Of a stretch of 24,062 bases of DNA, positions 14,532 through 23,111 are shown one piece after another. Each line of letters starts with the position of its first letter. The stretch's first letter is position 1. This stretch comes from a virus (Duplodnaviria > Caudoviricetes). The position numbers and the translations under genes are program-made. The notes beneath the pieces are model-generated. The model did not search any database and was not told the DNA's origin. It saw nothing but the letters and a program-made list of their open reading frames with translations. The DNA lies in IMG/VR virus record IMGVR_UViG_3300020042_003416, positions 1 through 24,062 of that record; one strand, given 5' to 3'.

Positions 14532-15055
14532 TGGCCGACCAGTTCGACCTGAAGGCGCTCTTGGACGCCCTGATCTACGCCGAGAGCGGCGGGGATCCGA
14601 TGGCCGTCTCCAAGAAGGGCGCGGCTGGTCTGACGCAACTTATGCCGGAGACGGCCATGAACCCGCGCGACGACGTCAGGAACGTCTTCGACCGCGCGAT
14701 GGAGCGTGGCTACCCTGTCACCGAGCGCACGCCTGCGGCGGCTCAGGGCCTGCTGTTTGAGCCTGACTTGAGCTACCTGATGGGCGACGATTACCTGCGT
14801 GCCATGCTGGACCTGACGGGCGGCGACATGGACCGCGCGCTGGCGGCCTACAACTGGGGTCCGACCAACGCCCTGAAGTGGAACGGCAAGTTCGAGGATC
14901 TGCCCGAGCAGTCTCGGGACTACATCCCCAAGATCCGCGCCAAATACGAAGAGTTGACCGGGTCGGCTCTCCCGGCGACTGGAACCTACGGCACGCAGCG
15001 CGTGACGTCACCGAGACCCCAGCGGCGGCCTATGGGCCTGCTGGCGATGCAGTAA
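14531..15055 (+). CDS. lytic transglycosylase (SLT domain), probably virion-associated
   Basis: AESGG (catalytic Glu), GAAGLTQLMP, ALAAYNWG, YI.KI. Confidence 0.92.
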   Translation: MADQFDLKALLDALIYAESGGDPMAVSKKGAAGLTQLMPETAMNPRDDVRNVFDRAMERGYPVTERTPAAAQGLLFEPDLSYLMGDDYLRAMLDLTGGDMDRALAAYNWGPTNALKWNGKFEDLPEQSRDYIPKIRAKYEELTGSALPATGTYGTQRVTSPRPQRRPMGLLAMQ

Positions 15056-15064
15056 GAGGCGAAT

Positions 15065-16729
15065 ATGGCGATTGTAGACGAAGCGGCAAAAACCCTCGGC
15101 CTCATCATTAGCGGCGGGAAAAAAGCGACAAAGGGCGCGAAAAAGGCGGCGTCTCCGCTGAAAGGCGTGAAGTCCGGCGCTGAGCTTGACCTCAGCGGCA
15201 TGAAGATCCCGCCAGCGCGTCAAGGCCCGCTTGCGGTCGATAGCACGCTCGGCCTGCCGGAAGACATGCAGATGCCAGTGACATTCGGCGGCAAAGACGT
15301 CGCTGACTTTGAGCCTGAAGATTTTGGCAGGTTTGGTCGGCAGTATGGCGTGGAAAATCTCGGCCCTATGTCGAGCGAGCAGTGGCGCAAGAATTTGCAA
15401 ACTGTAAAGACGGCTGGCGGTCGCGATGTGACGATACCCGGCGGCGACGCGCCGTTCACTTATTACGATTTGCTGCACCTGAAATCGCAAGGCATCAACC
15501 CTAATGACCTCCCGCCAGAGCTTCATCGCTCCATCCACAACCGCATGGTGGCGGCAATGGGTCAGGGGCCGCTGTCGGATGAGCGGATCACCAACCAGTT
15601 GCTGTTTGGCCTGATTTCGCCGAACCAGCCTTTGACGCCCAATGAGCTTGCGTTGCAGCGGGCTATGGTGAAGGGGCCGCAGGATCTCAAAGCGTGGAAC
15701 GAGATGGTCCCGTATGATTACAGCGGGACTGTTCCAGACATCAAAGACCGCCAAGCGATGTCGCGCGATATCAGCAGCCGTCTCGGCCTGCATGCAGCCG
15801 AGCGCGGCGGTCTTGGCGCATCTGGCTCTGCAAATTACACCGATCTTGCCGAAATGACGCAGAAGATGCGTGATCGCCCAGATTTTTACCGCTTCGACCC
15901 GGCGGACAACACGATGGGCGGCATGTCGGACAGTGAAAAGTGGGCGACATTTGTGACGCGCGTGATGAACGAGACGCGCGGACTGAAGGCCAAGACGGGA
16001 TCCCTTGGCACTGTGTGGCAGGATCCTGAAAATGCTGCGATCTCGGCCATCGACCGCCACATGGCTACACTTTTCCGCAATGACATGTTCCCAGACCCGC
16101 AAACGCAGGCCGACTGGGAGCAAAACCTGATCGGGAAGTACAACATGGAGCGCCCGGATGCGAAGGTCTCCACCATCGACGAGCTTCAGGCAGCGCCGGG
16201 CGGGCGCGGCATGTTTGTTGATGCCGCCCTTGCCTATGTGAACAATCTGCCATCGGCAAAAACCCGCGTCAAAAAGACGGGTGAGTTCAACGAGCGCATC
16301 CCAGAGGCTATTCGCGAGACAAATTGGATCAGCGGCGAGCCGACGGATATGGAAATGATCCAAGGCCCTTACGTCAGGGCGCTTGAGGCCAACCAAGCCC
16401 GCGCATCGCAGGATGGGCAGGGGCTGTTCTCAAGCCAGTGGATGCTGTGGGACCGCATCAGAAACCGCCTTGAGCCGCATGAGGTTCTGTTCCCCGGTCT
16501 CGAAAAGCTGCCGCGCATGAACATGGACCAAATGCGCCGCGTGCGTCAGGACCATTCAGATGCTGGCTATATGGCCGCCGAAGGGACCGTGCGACCGATC
16601 CCGAGCGCGTCACGCGCAGCGTATTTTACTCTTGCCCCCGGTGCAGGTCTTGGCCTTTTGGGCATGACGCCAGAAGAGGAAAACGCTATGAAGCCGGGGC
16701 CGCGCAAGGGCAAGAAGCCGGGGGCTTAA
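15065..16729 (+). CDS. 554-aa protein with putative HhH-GPD DNA glycosylase/lyase-like domain
   Basis: LLFGLISPN, GLKAKTG (HhH Lys), AIDRHM (Asp), QWMLWD in the order seen in EndoIII/Ogg-family enzymes. Confidence 0.6.
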   Translation: MAIVDEAAKTLGLIISGGKKATKGAKKAASPLKGVKSGAELDLSGMKIPPARQGPLAVDSTLGLPEDMQMPVTFGGKDVADFEPEDFGRFGRQYGVENLGPMSSEQWRKNLQTVKTAGGRDVTIPGGDAPFTYYDLLHLKSQGINPNDLPPELHRSIHNRMVAAMGQGPLSDERITNQLLFGLISPNQPLTPNELALQRAMVKGPQDLKAWNEMVPYDYSGTVPDIKDRQAMSRDISSRLGLHAAERGGLGASGSANYTDLAEMTQKMRDRPDFYRFDPADNTMGGMSDSEKWATFVTRVMNETRGLKAKTGSLGTVWQDPENAAISAIDRHMATLFRNDMFPDPQTQADWEQNLIGKYNMERPDAKVSTIDELQAAPGGRGMFVDAALAYVNNLPSAKTRVKKTGEFNERIPEAIRETNWISGEPTDMEMIQGPYVRALEANQARASQDGQGLFSSQWMLWDRIRNRLEPHEVLFPGLEKLPRMNMDQMRRVRQDHSDAGYMAAEGTVRPIPSASRAAYFTLAPGAGLGLLGMTPEEENAMKPGPRKGKKPGA

Positions 16730-18361
16730 ATGGACAAGGCAACGCTTGAGATCATAAACAACGTCCCGTATGCCGTCCTGTCTGACGGGCGGAAGGTCAA
16801 GTACGCTGACATCATGGCGTACAACAACCCCGGCATGCAGTACGACGACGTGACGCTGGATGTGATCGCCGCCACCCCCGCGTCGGCAGAGGCCGGGATG
16901 ATGCCGGGCGGAGAGGCTGCCCCGGACACCTTCGGCGACACGACCTCACGCATGGCCAGCCCGTATTTCGAGACTGCCGCAGATCTGGCATCTACCGCCG
17001 GGCGCAGGCCGACCTACTTTCAGAACCCCCTCATGCAGGGGCTGGAGCGCACCGGGCAATACATCGGCGACATGGGCTTGGCGGGCGTGAACGCGGCTAT
17101 GGGCGGTGTCTACGGCGGCGCTGGCTTGCTGGGCGAGGCTTTCGGCGGCGACACGCAGAATGAGCGCCGTCTGGCCCGAGATCTGGCGGCCATGTTCGAC
17201 GTGGCAGGCCCCGCGCCTGAAGGGCGTGCGCTCGGGCTGCTGACGGATGCTGCGATGACGGGCAGGATGGCTCCGTCGCGGGGTGAGTTCTTGGCCGACG
17301 AGAGTGGGGCGCTGAAGCTCCTCCACAGTTCACCGCACGACTTCGACCGTTTTAGCATGAGCCAGATCGGCACAGGCGAGGGCGCTCAGGCTTACGGGCA
17401 CGGTTTGTACTTCGCCGAAAGCCCAAGCGTTAGCGGGCGCGGTGGGGATTACTGGCGGCAATTCTTCAACAAAATGCCATCTGGGCCAGAGCGAACAGCC
17501 ACGGGCGCGATGTACGCCAACAGATTTGATCCAGAAAAGGCTGCGTCTCAGCTTGAAGCAAACGTCCGATATCACGCTGATCGCGCGCAGCCCGGCAGAT
17601 ACGGTGATGGGCCGGAAATTGAAGAAGGCAATCGGCTTCTCGCCGAAGAAACCCAACGGGCTTTGGACATGATTAAGTCTGGCCAGATTGTTGGCCCCCG
17701 CACCTATGAGGTCAGCGTCAACGCCAACCCAGAAGACTTTTTGGATTGGGACAGGCTCTTGAGCGAGCAGCCCGAGGTAGCGCGCCGGATTGGGTATTCG
17801 GATGCGGCTCGCATCGCGGCAGACAGAAAAAAACTTTATGGCCAATTCTCTGCGCCAAAATCCACAGAGTTCGAGGATTTGTTTGGCCCCCTTTCCGCTC
17901 AGGAAAAAGCGGCTGCAGAGCAGTTGTCGGCAATGCCCGAACCGTGGAACCAAATGACCGGGAAAGATGCTTGGTTTAGGGCTTCAAAGCGCAAATACGT
18001 TGTTGAGGGGCCGGATGGCAGATTGGGTCCGGGCGCTGACACATACGAAGAGGCTGTGAAAGTGGCTGGTGGTGACCCGAACAAGGTTCGCACAATTTCC
18101 GACCCCGCAGCCCCGGCGCGTGCTGAATTTATGCGGGAGGCTGGCGTGCCCGGCATCCGCTACCTCGACGCAGGATCGCGCAACGTGGGCGACGGCTCTC
18201 GCAACTACGTCGTCTTCGACGAGAACCTCATCAACATCGTCCGCAAATACGGCGTCGCGGGCGCGGCGGCCATGCTCGGCGTCAGCGCCTTGGACGTGGA
18301 ACAGGCGATGGCACAGGGTCAACAGCGGCCGCAGGGCTTGCTTTCAATGGGAGCGCAATGA
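16730..18361 (+). CDS. 543-aa protein with ADP-ribosyltransferase-like domain of the type found in phage polyvalent proteins
   Basis: [11 protein letters not shown]...[29 protein letters not shown]...NYVVFD; Gly/Ala-rich N-terminus. Confidence 0.6.
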   Translation: MDKATLEIINNVPYAVLSDGRKVKYADIMAYNNPGMQYDDVTLDVIAATPASAEAGMMPGGEAAPDTFGDTTSRMASPYFETAADLASTAGRRPTYFQNPLMQGLERTGQYIGDMGLAGVNAAMGGVYGGAGLLGEAFGGDTQNERRLARDLAAMFDVAGPAPEGRALGLLTDAAMTGRMAPSRGEFLADESGALKLLHSSPHDFDRFSMSQIGTGEGAQAYGHGLYFAESPSVSGRGGDYWRQFFNKMPSGPERTATGAMYANRFDPEKAASQLEANVRYHADRAQPGRYGDGPEIEEGNRLLAEETQRALDMIKSGQIVGPRTYEVSVNANPEDFLDWDRLLSEQPEVARRIGYSDAARIAADRKKLYGQFSAPKSTEFEDLFGPLSAQEKAAAEQLSAMPEPWNQMTGKDAWFRASKRKYVVEGPDGRLGPGADTYEEAVKVAGGDPNKVRTISDPAAPARAEFMREAGVPGIRYLDAGSRNVGDGSRNYVVFDENLINIVRKYGVAGAAAMLGVSALDVEQAMAQGQQRPQGLLSMGAQ

Positions 18362-18498
18362 TGCCACTGAAAAAGGGATCGTCCGCGAAAACAATTTCTG
18401 CTAACATCCGCGCCGAGATGAAGGCGGGCAAGCCGCAGAAGCAGGCCGTGGCCATCGCGCTGAGTAAAGCCGGGAAGGCCAAGAAGGGCAAGAAATGA
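18358..18498 (+). CDS. small basic protein [46 protein letters not shown] (46 aa, not in ORF track)
   Basis: Translated by hand; ATGA overlaps at both ends; KQAVAIALS motif common in small phage proteins near head genes. Confidence 0.8.
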   Translation: MMPLKKGSSAKTISANIRAEMKAGKPQKQAVAIALSKAGKAKKGKK

Positions 18499-19121
18499 CC
18501 ATTGCAACGTACTCTGACCTGCAATCGTCCGTCGCGGACTTCCTGAACCGGGAAGACCTGACGTCGGCCATCCCGACCTTCATCAAGCTGGCCGAGGCCC
18601 GCATCAGCCGGGATCTGCGCCACTGGCGCATGGAAACCCGCTCGACGGCCGAACTGGACACGCAGTACAGCGCGATCCCTGCTGACTTCCTGCAGCCCAT
18701 CCGCCTGCAGATCACCGACGCGCCGACGGTCGAGGTGTCGCCGATCAGCACGGCGCAGATGCTGCAACTGCGAACCGACCGCAACGACCGCGTCGGCCGC
18801 CCGACGAACTACGCGCTGACGGCTGGCGGGATCGAACTGTATCCGACCCCGGATTTGACCTACAACGCCTCGCTGGTGTACTATGCACGCGTGCCGACGC
18901 TGTCGGTCAGCAACACGACAAACTGGCTCTTGACTGAGGCCCCCGACGTCTACCTGTACGGCGCGCTGGTTCACTCCGCACCCTACCTGAAGGACGACGC
19001 CCGCATTCAGGTCTGGGAGGCTCTGCTCGCGCAGGGCATCAACAATTTGAACACAAGCTCGGCTGATGCCAAATACGGCGGATCTGGCTTGGTAATGAGA
19101 ACCAAACGAGGTGCGCCATGA
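18495..19121 (+). CDS. head-tail adaptor / tail tubular protein (podovirus type)
   Basis: TYSDLQ..VADFLNR.DLT..IPTFI.LAE, LYPTPD, NWLL..APD.YLYGAL. Confidence 0.75.
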   Translation: MTIATYSDLQSSVADFLNREDLTSAIPTFIKLAEARISRDLRHWRMETRSTAELDTQYSAIPADFLQPIRLQITDAPTVEVSPISTAQMLQLRTDRNDRVGRPTNYALTAGGIELYPTPDLTYNASLVYYARVPTLSVSNTTNWLLTEAPDVYLYGALVHSAPYLKDDARIQVWEALLAQGINNLNTSSADAKYGGSGLVMRTKRGAP

Positions 19122-19498
19122 GCTTTACCAACGACCTTGAGACCCGCGTGCTTCAGTGGGCCTTGACCAACGGATCCCCGACCCGCCCGACGGCGTGGTA
19201 CGTCGGCCTGTTCACGGCGGCCCCCGGCGAGGCTGGCGGCGGCACCGAGATCTCGGGCAGCGGTTACGCTCGTCAGGCTGTGACGTTCACGGTCAGCGGC
19301 AACTTGGCGACCAACAACGCCGCCATCGAATGGCCGACGGCGACTGGTAGCTGGGGCACGATCACGCATGTGGCAGTCTTCGACGCGCTGACGACTGGCA
19401 ACATGCTGGTCTACGCCACGCTGACCGCGTCGAAGTCGATCTCGACTGGCGACGTCCTCCGCATCCCGTCGGGCGACCTTGACGTCACGCTGAACTAA
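19118..19498 (+). CDS. virion structural protein (tail/fibre-associated beta protein)
   Basis: YVGLFTA.P.E.GGGTE.SG..YARQ, WGTITH.A.FDA.T.GN.L. Confidence 0.75.
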   Translation: MSFTNDLETRVLQWALTNGSPTRPTAWYVGLFTAAPGEAGGGTEISGSGYARQAVTFTVSGNLATNNAAIEWPTATGSWGTITHVAVFDALTTGNMLVYATLTASKSISTGDVLRIPSGDLDVTLN

Positions 19499-20217
19499 TG
19501 GCCGTTTACCGCACCGGGTACGGGACAGGGGCTTACGGCGTCCGAGCTTACGGCTTGGACGGCGCAATCCTTGACGCGTCCGCTGCGGTATCGGTTACCT
19601 CTGCCAGCACCGTCTCTGCCGTTGCCCTGCGCGAGGTCAGCGCGGCTGCCAGCGCGGCCAGCGCGGTGTCGGCCAGCGCCGTTCGTATTGCCGAAGCCAG
19701 CGCGACCGCGTCAACCTCGTCGGCGGCCTCTGCGGCTGTCTTCAGCGTCCTGTCGGCATCTGCGTCCGCCTCGGTGGCATCAGACGCCAGCGCGTCGGCG
19801 CGGCGCATCCAGCAGCCGTCTGCCAGCGTGTCTGTGGGCAGCGCGATGTCTGCGGACGCCCAGCGCATCCAGCAGCCCAGCGCGACATCTGTGGCCGAAA
19901 GCGACACCACGGCGCGCATGGAGACGATCTACGAGATCACTGCGCTGGCTGAGATCTTGTCCGACGCGACAGTATCCGTCGAGCGCATTTTCGCCGCTAG
20001 TGCAATCGCCTCAGTTTCTGCTATAGTCTCGGCCAACGCCATCTTTAAGTGGAATGGCAACACGCCGCAGGCCGAGACTTGGACGGGGCAAAGTGCTGGA
20101 TCTAGCGACTGGACCCAGCAGGACGCATCCGACGAAACTTGGACGCCACAAAACGCGGCGGCAGAAGATTGGACACCAGCGGCAGGCCTGAGTGGGTCTT
20201 GGTCGCAAGCAGCTTGA
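19498..20217 (+). CDS. Ala/Ser-rich virion structural protein with periodic repeats
   Basis: N-terminal YG repeats, ~20-aa periodic core (RIQQPSA x2), C-terminal Trp every 10 aa. Confidence 0.75.
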   Translation: MAVYRTGYGTGAYGVRAYGLDGAILDASAAVSVTSASTVSAVALREVSAAASAASAVSASAVRIAEASATASTSSAASAAVFSVLSASASASVASDASASARRIQQPSASVSVGSAMSADAQRIQQPSATSVAESDTTARMETIYEITALAEILSDATVSVERIFAASAIASVSAIVSANAIFKWNGNTPQAETWTGQSAGSSDWTQQDASDETWTPQNAAAEDWTPAAGLSGSWSQAA

Positions 20218-20226
20218 AGGTGACGC

Positions 20227-21180
20227 ATGGCAGATACGACCACCACTAACTTCGGCCTGACGAAGCCGGAGGTCGGCGCGTCCGAAGACACTTGGGGCAC
20301 CAAGATCAACACAGATCTTGACGCTGTTGACGCGCTCCTTGGCGGCACTGGCGCGCAGAAAGCCAAACCGAACCTTGAAGGCGGGCTGTGGAAGATCGAC
20401 GGTACGGCGGTAACGTCGTCTGCGGCTGAGTTGAACATCTTGGATGGCGTGACAGCCACGGCTTCTGAGTTGAACATCTTGGATGGCGTCACGGCAACGA
20501 CTGCTGAGTTGAACATCTTGGACGGCGTGACCGCCACTGCTTCCGAGTTGAACTATCTGGACATCACGACCCTCGGCGTGGCTCAAGCGTCGAAGGCACT
20601 GACTGTTGCAGCCAACGGCACGATCACGTTCAGCGGGTCAACCGGGACTTCTGGTCAGGTTCTGACTTCTGCCGGATCAAGCGCCACTCCGACTTGGGCA
20701 ACCGCAATCCCGGCAGGCGCGGTAATGACATTTGCCATGAACACCGCCCCTACTGGCTGGCTCAAGGCTAACGGCGCAGCAGTTTCCCGCACTACTTATG
20801 CTGCTCTGTTCGCGGCCATCAACACCACATTTGGCGCTGGTGACGGATCGACTACGTTTAACCTGCCTGATCTTCGTGGTCGTTTTACTCGTAACTGGGC
20901 GGACGACGGCAGCATTGACAGCGGACGCGCCTTCGGCTCCACGCAAACTGACGCATTCCAAGGCCACTGGCACGGCATCCAAACGTCTCCGACTGTGTAC
21001 CAAGTCGGTTGGGATGGCGGTGGCGGCGCTGGTTCCGGGAACTTGCGCGCTGATGGTGGGCCGTCAACTCCATACCCATACGCGACTTACATGGTGAGCG
21101 ATGGCGTAAACGGCACACCACGCACCGCATCGGAAACTCGTCCGACCAACCTCGCCCTTCTGGCCTGCATCAAGTTCTGA
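20227..21180 (+). CDS. tail fibre protein with phage tail-collar domain
   Basis: MADTTT...[15 protein letters not shown] anchor; ELNILDG repeats; collar [19 protein letters not shown]...FNLPDLRG; ETRP.N.AL..CIKF end. Confidence 0.9.
   Translation: MADTTTTNFGLTKPEVGASEDTWGTKINTDLDAVDALLGGTGAQKAKPNLEGGLWKIDGTAVTSSAAELNILDGVTATASELNILDGVTATTAELNILDGVTATASELNYLDITTLGVAQASKALTVAANGTITFSGSTGTSGQVLTSAGSSATPTWATAIPAGAVMTFAMNTAPTGWLKANGAAVSRTTYAALFAAINTTFGAGDGSTTFNLPDLRGRFTRNWADDGSIDSGRAFGSTQTDAFQGHWHGIQTSPTVYQVGWDGGGGAGSGNLRADGGPSTPYPYATYMVSDGVNGTPRTASETRPTNLALLACIKF
20428..20562 (+). repeat. 39-bp tandem repeat (13 aa, [13 protein letters not shown]) x3.5
   Basis: Units start at 20428, 20467, 20506 and 20545. 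Confidence 0.95.
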
Positions 21181-21188
21181 GGTGAACT

Positions 21189-21557
21189 ATGAAAGTCTTT
21201 CAAACTGACCACGAAGGCTTCCTTGTGGGCGAGGCCATTGCTGACCCAGACCCCTTAGACAATGGCAACTGGTTGATACCTGGAGGGTGCGTAAAGAACG
21301 AACCTCCTGCGCTTTCTAATGGGCAGCGCGCGCAGTTTGTTGATGGCGCTTGGGTTGTTATTGACCCTGAGCCTGCGCCCGAGCCTGAGCATGAGCTACC
21401 GCCGACTAAAGAGAAGATTGAACAGACGCGGCGCGACGCCTACGCCCAAGAAGCCGATCCCGTGTTCTTCATGTCGCAGCGCGGAGAGGCTACCGAGGCA
21501 GATTGGCTGGCAAAGATAGTTGAGATCAAGGTCCGCTATCCGTACCCTGCGGAATAA
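21189..21557 (+). CDS. tail fibre assembly/chaperone-like protein
   Basis: G..VGE..ADPDPL...WLIP.GC...PP; RR.AY..EADP.F...W...I.EIK.RYP; follows fibre gene. Confidence 0.7.
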   Translation: MKVFQTDHEGFLVGEAIADPDPLDNGNWLIPGGCVKNEPPALSNGQRAQFVDGAWVVIDPEPAPEPEHELPPTKEKIEQTRRDAYAQEADPVFFMSQRGEATEADWLAKIVEIKVRYPYPAE

Positions 21558-21560
21558 CCC

Positions 21561-21803
21561 ATGACCACTGAGATGCTCTGGAGCCTCGGCCTTAGCGCAG
21601 CACTCGGCCTGATCGGCTGGGTGCTGAAAAATCACGTCGAAGAAGTGAAGCGTCTGCAGATCCTGCTTAACCGCACACGCGAGGAGGTGGCGGTCAACTA
21701 CGTCACCAAGACCGACGTTGCTGCCAGCATCAATATGCTCGTCGCCCGCATCGACAACCTAGACCGCAAGATTGACGACATCCTGAGAAGTTTAGCAAAG
21801 TGA
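21561..21803 (+). CDS. membrane-anchored coiled-coil protein (lysis region)
   Basis: N-terminal TM, TREEVA.NYVTK, IDNLDRKID. Confidence 0.75.
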   Translation: MTTEMLWSLGLSAALGLIGWVLKNHVEEVKRLQILLNRTREEVAVNYVTKTDVAASINMLVARIDNLDRKIDDILRSLAK

Positions 21804-21943
21804 AAGTGCTGCTGATCTGGGTGGGGTACACTCACCTGTGGATCGACGGGCGCATGGTATTTGTCAAGATTTGCAGGTATACTGCGGACATAGCACTGGC
21901 GGTTCGACCGCTTGATCTCTGCCCGCCCTTCTGGAGCCTGTGA
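21800..21943 (+). CDS. small hydrophobic protein (47 aa, not in ORF track)
   Basis: GTG 21800 (GTGA overlap) to TGA 21943 (TGATG overlap); MKVLLIWVGYTHLWIDG...CRY...CPPFWSL. Confidence 0.6.
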   Translation: MKVLLIWVGYTHLWIDGRMVFVKICRYTADIALAVRPLDLCPPFWSL

Positions 21944-22434
21944 TGTTTGACCCAGTTTCAATCAGCATGGCCATCAGCGTTGGTGGCAAGGCCTTCAGCC
22001 TGCTGAAGCAGGGCATCGCCGCTGGCCGCGAAATCCAAGACATGGCGTCTCAACTGTCTGAATGGGGCAAGGCCGTGTCTGACATTGCCTACGCGGCTGA
22101 GAAAGCCAACGAGCCGCCGGGCGTGTTCCAAACGCTGTTTGGCGGCGGCAACCAGAAGAGTGCCATCGACATCTTCGCCGCCCAGAAGCAGTGCGAACAG
22201 CAGCGCAAAGAACTGCGCCAGCTTATCAGCTACACCTACGGCAACGACGCTTGGCTGGATTTCCAGAACATAGAGCGCAGGGTTCGGGAGCAGCAAAGAG
22301 AACAGGTTTACCGCCGCCGCGAGATCATCGAGTCGATCATGGAATTTTTACTGTGGTCTGGTATAATCTTAGTGACCGTGGCGCTGTCTGGCGTCGGCCT
22401 GTATCTGTGGGGCCGCTATTTGGGGAGGTGGTAG
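21943..22434 (+). CDS. hypothetical protein with C-terminal TM helix
   Basis: MFDPVS start via TGATG overlap; coiled coil; FLLWSGIILVTVALSGVGLYLW. Confidence 0.8.
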   Translation: MFDPVSISMAISVGGKAFSLLKQGIAAGREIQDMASQLSEWGKAVSDIAYAAEKANEPPGVFQTLFGGGNQKSAIDIFAAQKQCEQQRKELRQLISYTYGNDAWLDFQNIERRVREQQREQVYRRREIIESIMEFLLWSGIILVTVALSGVGLYLWGRYLGRW

Positions 22435-22435
22435 G

Positions 22436-22621
22436 ATGCGCGAGAAGCTAACTTGGCTTGCCTTCGTTGCAGGCATTTTCGCCATACTCTGGCTAAGTGG
22501 TGACGGATTTTATCGTTACCCGTGCCAATCGCCCCAGCTTTTTGACGCGGTTGAATGCAATCCTCCGCTTTGCCTTCGCACAAGAAACTGTGCGTCCGAT
22601 CTGACAGGAGTTTCGGAATGA
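22436..22621 (+). CDS. small Cys-rich membrane-anchored protein
   Basis: N-terminal TM then YRYPCQ.P...C.PP.C...C. Confidence 0.7.
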   Translation: MREKLTWLAFVAGIFAILWLSGDGFYRYPCQSPQLFDAVECNPPLCLRTRNCASDLTGVSE

Positions 22622-22896
22622 GCAAGAACGATCCCGATTTTATGGAAGCCAAGCTGCGCTACTTCATCGGCGTGGCGCTGACCTGCACTCTGGGCGGCAT
22701 CGTGTTCTTCACGCTTTACGCGCTGATCTTCGTCACCCAGCCGCTGGGCGAGAGCAGCGAAAACGACCGCGCACTGTTTTCGATCCTCACGCCAATCGCC
22801 TCGTTTCTGGTGGGTGCCTTGGGTGGCGTGCTGTCGGCAGGAAGCAACCGCAACAAGGCTGGCAGTGAGCCGTCTTCACAGGAGCCGAGAGAATGA
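22618..22896 (+). CDS. two-TM membrane protein, holin candidate
   Basis: Start MSKND (ATGA overlap); two hydrophobic segments; upstream of endolysin. Confidence 0.6.
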   Translation: MSKNDPDFMEAKLRYFIGVALTCTLGGIVFFTLYALIFVTQPLGESSENDRALFSILTPIASFLVGALGGVLSAGSNRNKAGSEPSSQEPRE

Positions 22897-23111
22897 TCGG
22901 ACGCATGATTGGAATGTTCGTTGGCCGCAAGGCTAAGGCCAAGATGGTCGATGCCGTGCTGGACAAAGTGGACTTGCCCGACCCGGTCGAGACTGCCATC
23001 AAGGTGGCCGCCACGGGCAACGTCGGCGATCTTCTCGGCGGCATGGGCAAGGAGATGGCCAAAGAGGCTGTGCTTGACGCCATCATTCGAAAGCGGGGGA
23101 AGAAGAAATGA
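22893..23111 (+). CDS. hypothetical protein (72 aa)
   Basis: ATGA overlaps on both sides; basic C-terminus. Confidence 0.75.
   Translation: MIGRMIGMFVGRKAKAKMVDAVLDKVDLPDPVETAIKVAATGNVGDLLGGMGKEMAKEAVLDAIIRKRGKKK

Noticed and set aside
16676-16729. Internal GAGGA plus ATG giving a 13-aa peptide MKPGPRKGKKPGA
   Set aside because: In frame with the 554-aa gene and too short to support as a separate gene
15065-18361. 554-aa or 543-aa ORF as the portal, based on size and position
   Set aside because: Both carry enzyme-like motifs (HhH-GPD, ART-like) and low-complexity ends; no portal features recognised, though a structure search is needed to exclude this fully
20428-20562. 39-bp repeats as a possible CRISPR array or DGR repeat
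   Set aside because: In-frame tandem coding repeats with no spacers; no cas or reverse transcriptase gene
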